From: Obrimoposthia wandeli
Lineage: Eukaryota
Assembly (NCBI GenBank): GCA_977020255.1
Contig: CDROCS010000275.1
Coordinates: 248,001 to 312,000 of the forward strand
DNA length: 64,000 nucleotides
Reading direction: 5' to 3'
In this document: positions 49,036 through 62,689 of the stretch, piece by piece
Layout of the letters: each line of letters begins with the position of its first letter
How positions within the stretch are numbered: position 1 is the stretch's first letter
Program-made: the position numbers and the translations under genes
Notes under the pieces: generated by a model
Databases searched by the model: none
What the model was told of the DNA's origin: nothing
Seen by the model: the letters and a program-made list of their open reading frames with translations, nothing else

Positions 49036-52000
49036 TATTAAAATTAAATTTTTATTTCATCAAAAATCCAAATGTCGCAAAAAAAATTATTTCCTTCTTT
49101 GCATTTAAATTTTTTTAAAATATTTAGTAAGATATAAATAAGTAAAAATAAATTTAAATCAAAACTTAATCGGAATATCTACAGGAAATATATAATTGTT
49201 GTAACCACATCCTTTCTCTCACCCTCATTACTTTGTGTTTTTATGTTTTATTACATTATTGTAATTATTATTAATGCAATTAAATTAATTATGGTGATTA
49301 CTTAAAGTCAATAAATCGATACTGAATCTTGATCGTGTTATTTCCCTTGTCGCTCCTATAATTTCTCAATCACAACTCTCTCCATCGCCCACCAACACTT
49401 ACAATAATGTAAAATATTAAAAACATTGCATACATCCATAAAACATAATTATTTTATATTATAATCTCCATCTTTATTTATGAAAGCCTCTAAATCAATA
49501 AAATATAAAAGCATAATTATCAAAATAAATCATAAATATGATAATTTATAATCATTTAAAATAAAAATGAATAATAAAATTCAAAAATTTAATCAAATAT
49601 TAAAAATTTTAATTTTTAACTGTATTTTTGTTGTTGTTAATGTTAGTATATAGTTTCAAATCTCCTATGAATAATAAAAATAATAATAAAGGAAAATCCT
49701 ACCTAAATATTTTGAAAGTAAATTGCATATTTATCTGCAACAATTTTAGAAGTATCTAGTAATTGAAGATAAAAAATTAAGTTATTCCAATTTATTTTGT
49801 CATCCATCTTATAAAAACTTGCAAATATAATTTTTTTTATACTTAGGGATGTTATTTCAATTATTTAGACATTACACTGATTTCTTTATATTAAATAATA
49901 TGGGAATGATTTTTGAATGTTTGAGAATTTTATTATTGTGAAAATATTCAGTTAAGAAATATTAAAATTTATTAACAAACAATTAAACAAAATCTAAATT
50001 AAGAAAATCCTATTTAAAAATTAATAAACGAATGCACTTAGGCATTTTTAAAATTAAAGTGGTCAATCTCCGACTGCGAAAAAGCCCGTTTTGCCCTTCC
50101 TGGCTCTTCAGGGAGATGCCTTATTATATCTGACTTCGTGGTGGATTTCGCAAGCTAGATATAATAATAGTAGTGATAATGATAAAGTAAACAAATAGAG
50201 AAGATTCTATCACAGATCGAGTAGCCCTTTTGTGCTGTCTTTCTGGATTCGGGTAGGTGTGTGCTGCTGCCGTTCTCTCTTCTATCGATTTATCTCCCTC
50301 AATATAGGATCAGTATTTGACTAGCCTGCCATAATATTTAAAGAAAAAACGTAATTTTATTATCATTATTGTTTTGGACTATGAAGCTTTGCCGAATTTT
50401 CAGTGTATTTTAATAAAAATTAATTTAACAAGATTGGTTCTATTATCCTACAATACAATATTCATGAAAATTATAGTCACAAAAAGAAAGTCAAAATAAA
50501 CATTTCTTACATGATTTACTTTTAGGAGAAGCGTCTTGATCCGATTGATGTTGTAACACTCCTTTCCTTTTTGCCTGTCGTCTATCCTGAAATTTTAACT
50601 TCTTATTTCATTCACTCGCCACAGTGGCATACATCTTCTGATTTAGAATCTTCTTGCGGATGTCTTTTTCGTAGAGATTTCTTCTTATGTTTTCTGTAAT
50701 CCGCGTCATGAGCTCCTTAATTTGTGGGAATTCCATTTTATGAAAGTCATGTGGATTTACCAAGCTAGAACGTCATGTTCAGTTTTAATTCTTCGAACAT
50801 ACCGATTTGCATCCAAAACATTGAGTTTATGTTTTAGAAATTCAGTGCTTAACAAAGAATTGTTTCATTTATTGTGTTTTAAACGAAGATGCACATTGAC
50901 ACAAAGAATTAAATATATAAGTTGTTCAAAGAATATTAGTCTCTGTGAACCACACATTCCCAAATGTGTGGAACCTTCAATCCATGCTTTGCGAGTTTCG
51001 GCAGTTTTATCAAAATCAATTGTAAACCATTTAGTATTTTGAATATCAGTGCAATAATTCAATATAATTTTAATCAAAGCTTAATGAGAATAGGAAAAAT
51101 TCCAACCTTCAATTTGAACATTATGAAGAGTAACAACGGCACAATTAACTAATTAATTAAAAAAGTAATTAATATATGTTACTTTAGCATTTTCTGCTAA
51201 ATTAATACCACCCCGATCTGTTACTTTTAGTTGAAGTAAAGTATCATTCAAATTTAAATAATCACTATTGGAACCATTAATATAAAATTTTAAAACGGTT
51301 TAGGTTATCCCTGAAGCTGCGTTAACTAAAAATATTTCTTCAAATGAAACATTACCAACAACAACTTATGGAAGTTGTTTATCAAAAAGTCATAATTCAG
51401 TTTGGTCCAATTCATTATACCTATTGAAGATACCGTCCCAAAGTTTGAGGCAGAATAGTGTATTTACTAAGAAGAGCAATAAGATATCATTTAACAAGCT
51501 TAACATCATCAAGAATCGGATATGGAGCTGCTTGGTAATCAGGGTTTTAACGCCGTAACCATATTGAGTATTGAAAATTAATTCATGTGATGACTTGACA
51601 TATCAACATCATTCATAAATTTGCTAATTTTAAATCTAACAGAATCAAATTTAGCTTAAGTTTATCATGTTGTCTCTTGGTTTGTATTCCAATTAAAAAA
51701 CAAACTGAAAGACCAAATGAAAACCGTATTATTAAATATGTATCTTGATATTTCCAGCGTCAATAATTTCAAGCTACTTGAACTCAACACAACAATTGTT
51801 TGATATTATGATACAAACAAAAATTTTAATTTTATTTAGAACCCTAATTTTATTTAGAACCCCTAATTTTATTTAGAACTCTTAGTTGCCTAATCCGGCC
51901 TACAGAAAGTCCATATAATGTTTTAAAACATTCGTCTTTTTCAAAGAACATAAGTAAATCTGAAGTCTACAGATCTTTGAAGTTTTAATAAATAATTCTT

Positions 52001-53283
52001 AAATGTCGAATAATTAGAATATTAAGCATAAATTAATAATTAATATCAGAACCATTTCAATTGCAATATTTTTAATTATAACGTATAACTTATTTTAATT
52101 AAGATTCATTTTTCATTTCGTTGTAGTAATAATAGTGTTGGGCGTACGGCATTATTGCTTGAGCAAACGATTCAAATATCCTTTCCCGATCTCGAAGCAC
52201 AATCTAACTGTGGTACTGGAGAATCAATTGCTGGATCTGGATGTTGACGATAACAAGAAAATTATAATTAGCTTTGAATTTGCAGTATCATTGAAGTGTT
52301 ATTGGATTCAAGTTAAAGTTGAAGTTGTTCTTAAAATGACTTTTCCATTATCCTTGACATGTTTCGGTAAGACGACCTTCTTAATAAGAGTTTTATCAGA
52401 ATTAAGTACATACACCATTTAAATATTGGAATGCCATTATGTGTTGAACTCCATTTTATAGAGCCCAGTCTTGATTGTAAAACAAGAAACAATGGCACAA
52501 TTACACTGACTAATGTGTGCTGTATTTAAAATATTTTTTAAACAAATTGTTCCATAAATCGACAAAAACTATTATTATCGCCACCGTTTCAAATAATTTG
52601 AAAAAAACGATGTAAACCCCTTATTCTCTTTGGTATAATGTGTAAAATTATAGGGTAGTGTATGTATGTAGTTTAATAAATTACTTATAGTTTGTTTGTA
52701 TTATTAAGCTAGATTGCATGAAAACGAAGATTTATAAAAATACGCTCAAAAGCAGATTTTGATGAATACCATATCATTATTAATGGGAGATCAAAAATTG
52801 AGAAAGAAAAACCCTTTCCTAACTGAATTGTCGAATAAAAATAACACTAATCATCGAAAAAAAAAATTTAATAAATCAAAAATTAAAACTTTTACAATAT
52901 TTAAATATTTTGCCAACCAATTTTAAGTTTTTTATTTACTCTAAAATCTTTATTTTACCATAAATTATCGCTGGCTTTAATTTACTCTCTGAAATATAAA
53001 AACTTTAAATACACTTGAAATACACCTATTTGTTCATTACATCTAACAAAAAGTCAACTTAAATTGCTACTATCTTTATTTTACGTTATACATTTTAGGT
53101 CATTTTTATTGGAGGGAAAATGGAAACTTTTTATTATAATCCAAATAAAAATTATAGAGAATATATTAAGGAAGTACATCACAAACTCACATCACAAATA
53201 AAAATACTGGACAAAATCACAAAAATAAAATAAGTTCTAACCATATTTCACAATATTTGATATCAACGAAAATTCGTTAATCT

Positions 53284-53414
53284 TTACTCTGCTTCGTTGA
53301 TAGATTTATACACCATCGATTCCGCAAGCTCATCTTCAGCGATAAGTGGCTTTGTATCGTCTATTTTATTCATTATGCTATGATTCATTCCATATCCGAA
53401 ATAAATTATAAAAC
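53284..53414 (-). CDS. SLC7/CAT cationic amino-acid transporter, last exon
   Basis: GFIIYFGYGMNHS motif; acceptor at 53415. Confidence 0.8.
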
Positions 53415-53453
53415 CTTTAACAAAATAATCAATCATGAGATGAAAAAACATAC

Positions 53454-53562
53454 CAAACAATAGCCAAACTAAGAATCGAATCCACGTAACTAATGACAAA
53501 TTAATAATCAGTGTCAAATTTAACAATATCGTGAACAATGGAATTAGGGGAACAAATGGCAC
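53454..53562 (-). CDS. SLC7/CAT transporter exon
   Basis: VPFVPLIPLFTILLNLTL...TWIRFLVW; AG acceptor and GTATGT donor. Confidence 0.85.
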
Positions 53563-53687
53563 CTAAATTAAGTGCACTATTAATAATAGCTGTTTCTGAA
53601 ATAAAACATAACAAAAAATACAATACTTATAACTTTAAGTAAGCAAAGTTTAAATAAAGTAAATTGGAAATATGTAAATAAACGTAC

Positions 53688-53945
53688 CTTAAAAGTATCG
53701 AAACTTTTAAATTGCTCAATGGAATGAAGAACCATTAGACAAACAAACATTCCTATAAATAAAATAACCAAAAAGGTCCACGCCCACCACGAATTTGAAT
53801 ATAGATAGCGATTACCTTTGAATATTAAACAGCACATTAAACTTGCAAATAAAATAAATAAATTTATCGCTGTATTAGGAATATATTCCCGCTCCAAAAA
53901 TCGCCATGGAAGAATTCTTTTATATTTTTCCTTTACTTTGGAGAC
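53688..53945 (-). CDS. SLC7/CAT transporter exon
   Basis: Two TM helices ending FDTFK; 258 nt, phase 0, TTCAG acceptor and GTACGT donor. Confidence 0.8.
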
Positions 53946-56900
53946 CTGAAGGGAAATATTTGATATCAAATTTCAAGTTAATCAGGTTCTAGATTTTTCA
54001 AGTTTCAGGGTAATTTCAGAAATTCTATATTACAATAGTGTATATAGGAAATTGTGAACTTATTTAATAAGTATATATACAGTGTGTATAAAAAATAAAT
54101 TTTAGGATATGTAATAAAAAATTATTCATATTCCAAAAAAATGTCCAGCTTATAAATTAAAACGCTTACTAAAGCTGTCAGAATTATATTCAAAATAAAG
54201 AAAAGAGTTAGTACAATTGAACATTTTAATTAAACTCCATTGGCTTCCGATCAATGCCAAAATTCAATTCAAGATCTTACATATTATTTGAAAAAAAATC
54301 ACTCATTAAAGCCAAAATATTTAAATTCGTCTCTTGAACATGTTGCAGTAAACATGTATATACATCTAAGAATAAACAATGATAAGTGCATATTGGTAAA
54401 TAAAATCTTAAATAACAAACATAGTGATGGAATATTTGAAATATATTTTTCGAATCTTTAAAACAATCAACCAATGAACATAAGAAACTGTAACAATGTT
54501 GAGAAATTTAAGAAGCAGCTGAAGACCTTTCTATCCAGAAAATATTTCGAATAATAATGCAAAACAGGAAGCCCTTTAGAATAATAAATCATACATTTAT
54601 TATATATTAGTGTCATATGAAAATATTATTGTATTTTGTTGAAAATCAAAGTTAATATGATAAATATTTAAACTTGAACGATAAAATTTCCATAAAATTA
54701 GTGATAGTCATGGTCAAAATAAATTAAAATATTTCTTAAAGGTTTTTCTTAGCACAGGGAATAAGTACAATTGCTTACAAAAATGGTTATTATTTATATC
54801 GTAAGTCACTAAAATGAATACTCGGTGATTTGAAATGAAAACTTTAACGTCAACTTTAGCATGAATTGTGTTCAACATTCCAACAAATTTCAAGTTTGAT
54901 TTCCAACTCAATTTGACAAGGAAAGTTGTTATGGAAGGTGGAAATCACAGATATTTATAATATCTTAAAATTTGCTTATTTGTTCTAAAACAACTTGATT
55001 AGAAAATTTTTGGCTTGCCTATATTCATTATTTTAAGAAATTTATATATTATATACTTACTTATTTGTTTTAGTTAAAATTGCCACAAATGTATAACTTC
55101 CATGTTAAAAGGGAAATTATCAAATACTTTTAATTACTTAAAAGTATTTCTTCATAATTAATTAAACCTTATTAATTTTTTAGGGTTTGTACATATTTTT
55201 ATATTTACTTAACATCAAAGTGACATCATTAAAGAGATTCATTTTCATTTTAAAATTATTTCTAAATGAATTAATTTAAAAACCTCTTAGAAAGGTTACA
55301 TTAAAACAATAGTATATATAAATTTAATAATTTAATTTATTTATGTTATTAGTTACAAGTTTTTAGGAGAATCTAAAACACCAAAATAACATGTTTGAAA
55401 CTTTTACATAATGTACAAATCAGATTTAGAACTAGTCGGTAAATTAAAAATAAAATAAAGTATTTTACACTCTAATTTTTATTTTTCAAGAAATTGTTAG
55501 TAATCTGTAACCTAAATAAATAGTAATCATTGAATAATATTTTTTTATGTATTACATAAATTGTGATTTATGCCAAATATTGAAAGTTAAACTTATTTTA
55601 TACATAATTTATTAATAAATCTGTAATTGTAGAAAATTATTCATAATAAATATTTTAGAGCTTAGAATTTTTAAATATACCAAAAGGGCTTAAATCTGAT
55701 ACAAATATAACCTTTCAACTATCTTAAGTAGTCTTCGTTAACTAGTGGCTTGCATTAAAACGGAGACTACCACGATTAATAGAATCAGCAGTTTAGTTTG
55801 ATGATATAATTAGTTCTCAGTATAATGGGTTGGGTTATGAAATAATTTGGGCTGTACAATGAGTAGGTTGCTATAAGGAGTCGGGTTGTACGAGTCTCGA
55901 GTTTTACAAAGTTGGATCATATGAGAAGTCTGATTTAAATTAAAGGCCGTTTTTAGATTAACAACTTGTCATAACAACATGAAAAACCAATGCATAAATA
56001 ATAATTGTTATTATCCAATGCATGAATGAAAGCTACTAAAGTAGTGTTTATTTGAATGAAAAGTCTGTATTGTAAATGAATTTTGCAGGTATTAAAGTAA
56101 AAATTATGACATAACACAACATAAATGATAACCAACAATAACTTCTAAAAAAGTCAACTCTAAAATATAGCCATATTTTGTGTACCATAAGCTGATTTAT
56201 AAAATGTACTATTAGACGTCCCATAAATCAATAAAAAATTTAAGGAGATTAAAGTCAGTTAGAATATGAAGAATTTAAGAATCTAATCACAACAATAAGA
56301 GAATGTACATTATAAAATATCAGGCGGTATAAAGAGGAAGCTGATTGTCGGGCGTGTTGAAAGAATGTTTCTAAGACAAGAATGTTGATTCCAAAACAGA
56401 CAAGATTCAAAATCTTTATTTAGATACCAAATACTTCTTAATAACAACGAAATAAATTTTCATAGAAAATATACAATAATGTTGAGTTCAGAAGTTCTGA
56501 TTTTAAGTCCGGATTTGAGAGAAAAATGAAGTTTGTAGAGTATTCATTTATTTTTGACACTAAAATTTCACAACTTTTTATTGACAATTTTTATATTATT
56601 AAATTAACTAATGGACAAATTAATAACCATGTTTAAAACACAAGAGATAGATATAATTTGTTTGTATAAAGAGTTAGAATCATGAATTAAACAAACTAAT
56701 AAGTAAAAATAAAAACCTAACATACAAAATGAATAACATGTGACAACTTCTGTAAAAGTAGAATAAAATCAAAAACCTTTTTTAACTTTAATGCAATTGT
56801 TACAATATACAATGCACATGGCACGCCTTCCTTACAAAAGGTTAGATACACAATATCTTTATTTATTTAAAATATATGTTTAAAACCAATTCAAGTTTAC

Positions 56901-57776
56901 ACATATGCTCAAACTTTAAATGGGTACGATGCATGGCTGTCTTTATTGAAGAGGCACGATTTAATACCAATGCCTAGTGAGCCATTTTTGACAAGCATAG
57001 CTGGCGATGTGGGATGAACCAAACAAATGCTGACAATAACAGAACTTCTTGAGAACATGCCCGAAAAATCCTTTATAGAGGGCTATTCAATTAGTTTTTA
57101 TTAAGTGTCACATTAGTCTTTCAGTAGAACATGGCAGAACAACTAGTTTTCACCAAAATATTTTGCATTTAATTTATGCTGTATTTTGTTAGGTAAGAAT
57201 TATAAAAATACATATTAGGAGAACAAAAATTATTTTTAAGTATTAAACACCATATTATTAATGAAAGAAATACATTTACTGCTAGTTTTTGCTAGATTTT
57301 TAAAACTTGGTTCGTACGACGAAAGCGAGTTTTTCAAACAATTTAGTAAGATAACTTCTCCCTTTTTATTTTGATCTAATTCATATGTGAAAAGCTAAAT
57401 TCACATACATATGATAATTAAAAAATTAATTTGTAAAATTAAAAATAATCCAAATTAAAATGACTTTTAAATAATTTAAATTCAATAAATTTCTTACCGT
57501 ACGAAATATAATTTCCAACAAAATATTAAAATGTTATGTTCATGGTAAGCTGCGGATCAGTTTAGTTCAGGTCACAGGTTGCCTATTGAATAGCCCTGCT
57601 TTAGAGAATATTTCGCATCAACATTTCCAAGATTCTCATAATTTTTTATCGAAATCTGAGCGGTTAGACTCAAATACCTACGTTATTATTGCAGTATATC
57701 ACCATTTAGCAAGTTTTTTTTAAATACTAAAAAAATTATAAGTAATCACTCGTAACTAGTAACAAGATGATCTGAC

Positions 57777-58025
57777 CTTGAACTCGGGCTTGTTGTCGTG
57801 GTCGCCGTCATTGTCACCCCCCAGTTGGTCAGGAGACGGCATTTTGTTGTTGCTGGGGAGCTCACTCCCAACCCGGTTATAGCGCAAGATGAGTAGCACC
57901 ACGGAGGCCAGGGTGTAGGCAATGAGGGTACCTATGCTGAGGAAATCAGCCAACGTGTGGATGTCCAGTAGAAGAGCAAGAACAGCTGCCAGTGCGGTGA
58001 ATACGGCTAGACCCACCACTGGCAC
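57777..58025 (-). CDS. SLC7/CAT transporter exon
   Basis: VPVVG...LADFLSIGTLIAYTLASVVLLILRY; 249 nt, phase 0. Confidence 0.88.
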
Positions 58026-58987
58026 CTGGGTCACGGGAGTTGGGTGAATAATATAAACAAGTATCCATTAAAAGTTTTGAAAATTCTTAAAGTTACATTT
58101 TCAGTAACTTTAATTTGATTTTTCAAATTTTAAAGAACCTGGGTATCCTAATATGAACACTTTTACTGACTACTGAAGTTTGCATATTCGCCTACTATGT
58201 TTTTACTAATATCAATGTGTTTATAGATATTATTTCTTACTTTGTCAAACAATTCTATGTATATTTACAGATAATGCATTTATTTTCCGTCGGTTTTATT
58301 AGTCAATAAGAGATAACAAGCTCGTCGGCGTCCATTCTGTTTACTGTGGAAGCCCTTGTAACGAGGGAGCTTGATAAATATGTGCACTTTCTATTTATTC
58401 TCATCAGTCCCAGATTAGACGAGCTTTGCTGCAAATATTATTACCTAGATGCTTAGATAAAATTAATAAATTAAAACCTAAAAACCATGGACCCAACTCT
58501 ATATTAGATCACTAGACTCTCGATCCCATTGATATCAACCCTTGGGGTGTCACTTGGAATATTGTTTCAGAGTTTGTGGCAGAGATAAAGAAATTGTTCC
58601 TGCAACAAGATTAAGCAACAGCAATTCTGACAATAATAGCCAGTGGCTGGGATTAAAACTGAGACTACCCCAGTAGAGGGGGTTAGATGTTATAAAAATG
58701 TATATAATTAGCTTTCTGTATAACATATTTGTGATATAAATATTGGACTTTTTAATAAGATGGTTGGTATAAGGAGTAGTGTTGAATTTTACATAGCTGG
58801 AGAAGTCGAATCATAAATAGGTTGGACTCTTTTAGAGTAATAATAATAACTTAACCTAACATGAAAAACCGATAATCAATAAAGCCGAATATAATCATGA
58901 TATTTGTCCCATATACTATTACAATATTCACTGTATGTGGTGCGCCTTCGATACACATCACAGTTGGGGTAATTGGATCGAACATAC

Positions 58988-59640
58988 TTGAGTGCGAGCG
59001 TAGACGCAGTCAAGTGGGGCCATGAGCAGGCCGTCCCCGGCCATGGAATAGACTAGACGCGGCAGGGCATAGAGGCTGGTGAAGAGGCTGGCACTGATGC
59101 CGAACAGAGATCCTATTCCGGTGACGTATGTGGCCCAGTTGATGTGTCGGTACTTGAATGCGGACGTGAAAGCGGCGCGGGGATCGACCTGTGTCCAGGG
59201 CACAAACAGCGGCAGCGCAGCGCTACTAACGACGAACATCAGCGTCACAAATGAAACCGACAGTGCATTGGCTAGGGGAATCGACTTAGATGGGTTGATG
59301 GCCTCTTCGGAGCTGATCGTGACCGCGTCAAAGCCTATGTATGAGTAGAAGCAAGTACCAGCACCAGCCAGCACGCCGCTCACCCCAAATGGGAGGAAGC
59401 CACCGGTGGATTTGGGTGCGAAACTTAAGGGCTTGTTGGGATTCGTGAGCATGATGCTGGTGGCCAGTACGATTATCGAGACGTTGATGATGGTGATGCT
59501 GGAGTTGAAGTAAATGGACAGCTTGGGACCGAACACGATTATCACCGCGAAAAAGATGATTATGGCCACTGCTAGAAAATCAGGATAGGCTGATAGACCG
59601 AATCGATTCGGAAATCTGTGTGGTGTAATAACGAATATTT
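58988..59640 (-). CDS. SLC7/CAT transporter exon (5' boundary approximate)
   Basis: YPDFLAV...GFLPFGVSGVLAGAGTCFYSYIGFDAVTISSEEAINP...LPRLVYSMAGDGLL; GTATGT donor at 58987. Confidence 0.9.
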
Positions 59641-61039
59641 GCATAGCTATCAAAGCATTAACAATACTAAATTCACAATCTATAATATCATCTAAATGAT
59701 ACTTTCACAATTTTCTATCATACAATGCTTCATACTGTTATTTGAAGAGAATACCAATGATAGTTGTGCTAAAGTATCGGTGATAAACGAACGAAGCTTT
59801 GTCAATAACTTAGAATTAAAGTAAACTTTTGTTTTTAAAAAGAAAAGCATTGTTATATTTTTTTAAGTAAATAAATTAAAAGAATATTTGGTTCCCATCT
59901 AAAATGTCATCGGGAAGTATCTAAAACGAGAAATTAAAGAATTTTTTAAAGTTTACTTTGTCAAATAAATAAAATTTAAATTAATGGAATAAACAATAAA
60001 AAAGAATATTATTAATGTTGTTTAATTTATTAATTCCATTTATTCAAATTTTATTTATTAATTTATTTATTGTTCCTCTATTACAATCGGAGGATCTTTA
60101 ATTTCAAATTGTGATTGCCCTACTTATAATTATTTAGCTACTTATATATCTAAATGACGGGAAATCCTACAAAATCATTAATAAATTACTTTTATTCTTC
60201 TTCCTTGTTTGTAATAAATTATATTATCAATTTACGTTACATAATTTTTTCTTCTAAGGATAATTTTTCTCCCTGGATTGTCTAATTTAGTTACAGAAAA
60301 TAATGTTTTTAATTCACTAGAAGAGTAATTTTATGATTTTGTTAATTCATCCTTTATAGTTTATTAATCTAGAAATGAAATCATAAAGGAATCTAAATAG
60401 TTTGGAAAGCATCGGTATGGGTAGGGATTGTTTAAGGAATATCAATAGTGACGGCGTCATTCAATTCAATCCAATCAAATGATTTAAAATATAGTTGCAC
60501 TTTAATAGTTTTTTTTTAAGTGACAGTTTAACTGTACACTGGAATAAGCTGAGTTGGAGAAGATTAAATTAAAAGATAATGATTATTATAAAAAGACGTT
60601 ATAATAGAAAGTAAATGGATTTCAGGAACTATAAGACTAAAGATGTAAAACAAGTTGCTGCAACAGGCCTAAAATTGCAAAGTTTCTAGGAAAATCCAAT
60701 TTCAGTTATTGGACTAACGTGGATATTAGAGAATTGAAAGACAATTAAGTGTGTCCCAAAATTTTAAAACCAATACTATTAAAGTAAATAATTTGTTTAA
60801 TTTAATGTATTTATAAATAAAATGTAAGTCATTAAAATATTTAAGTCACATAAATAAAGTAAAAATTAACATTCTTAACTCAATCGTTTATTTATTGGAA
60901 AAAATATTCATAAAAAAATAATAAATTGTTTTATTGTCCCAAAATTTTAAAACCACTAATTTAAAATAGAGGTAATTTTAACTATTTTATATAATTTATA
61001 GTCTTTTCTTAATTTCAGTATAAATATACATTAACATGC

Positions 61040-61736
61040 TCAAAAACAATATCTATCTGTAGAAGAAAAAGAGGTAATTCTTAATTCAGATAGGTGCACG
61101 AGAAATAGGAAGAAATATCGGTAAATCGCACAATACTATTTCAATTTTTAAAAGCACCATTACAATATGATAAAAAAATTAAAAGCATTAATTATCAGAA
61201 AGAGCAAAAAGAATTCTTATTCATGACGTAAGAGTTCAAATGTTATCTTCGCGTCGAGCTGCTAATGCGCATGTTGATAATATTAGTAAATCATCTGTTC
61301 AACGTATAATGAAGAAGTCGTACTATACAACAGCAAAATTAATGAAGCGACCAAGTCTTATTAAATGTAAAAATATCAGCGAATTGAATTAGCTCGATAT
61401 ACGTTATTAAAAAGTAATGCATTTATAGATAGTATCGTGTTTAGTGATTAAATTCAGTGATTTCAACAAGATAAAGCAACTAAGCAATGGTTAATATCTC
61501 AACATGTAATTGATTGTCCTGCGAATCCCACAGATTTGAATCTGATAGAAAACATTTGGGGCATATTAGTTCGAAGTATCTATAAAAATCAAATGCATCT
61601 TAATAATTTAAGCACTTTGAAAAATGCTATTTTAAAGAACTGGAACGAATTTGATTCTGAACTGTTTAATAATTTATATAAATCTTTGTCAGGTCGCCCT
61701 TTTGAAATTATTAAATGTAAAGGTAACACTGTTTAA
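61040..61736 (+). pseudogene. Degenerate Tc1 transposase
   Basis: PTDLNLIENIWGILVRSIY...LYKSLSGRPFEIIKCKG. Confidence 0.8.
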
Positions 61737-62689
61737 TAAATATATGTATTCGATGTAATGCTTTTTTTTTAATACATTAGTGACTTTTTTTAATGGCTGG
61801 TACTAAACTTTTGTGACGGAAAATTTTGTTTTTCCCTCATATTGTATTTGTTAAGAATTTTAAGGTTTGATTAATAGGTTTGAAATATTGCTTAAATTTA
61901 TTATTGAACAATATTAATATAATAATACTATTAAAAAAGTAATTCTCGATATAGAAAATATAAGTATAAAGATGGTCTTAAAATTTAGGTCTTTTCACAC
62001 AGTATAGATGAATGAAAATAAATAATCAGATGGCGTATTATAGTAACATTTGTTTACATCAGATAGATTTATGTTTTAAATACATATGTATGCAGTAGAT
62101 AATATACAAGCAAATGCAATTATACAATGTAATGTACTTGGAAATTATTGTATATCGTTATTACTAAAAGTCACAATTAAATTGAAAAGGCAGTTATATG
62201 AAATAATCAATTATTTTAGTTCTAGTAAAATTGCAAAGTGTAGATTATATTATCGTAATCAATAAATAATTACAAAGGAAAGAACTTGAAAACATATTTA
62301 AATTATATTCTATCTTAGATGCAGTGAAAACACTTCATAAGAAATACATATCTGAAAAACTGATGAAACCAGAGATAAAATGTAGAATAAATATGTTCAG
62401 TAATCCATTTAGTTATGTTCAGCTTTTGAGAGGAAGGATTTTGATAAAATTTCCAATCCAAAAGTCTACATAAACTAACCGTAAATATATACGAGCTTCC
62501 AAAATAATACTACCGTTTCCAAAATGGATATAGCCGTATACAGTATCCGCGATTGTTTAAGTTCTTAACCAAATCCGACATTCGCGAATATCCATGGATA
62601 TCCTGAATTGATTTTGTTAAAACTGTAGAACGTAGAGTTGATATTGATTTGATGGTTTATATAATTATTACAAAATATACTACTAGCTT

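Noticed and set aside
50040-51152. Overlapping ORFs and a TTAA-AGTGG possible transposon end
   Set aside because: No matching other end or transposase motif could be confirmed; probably a decayed DNA transposon.
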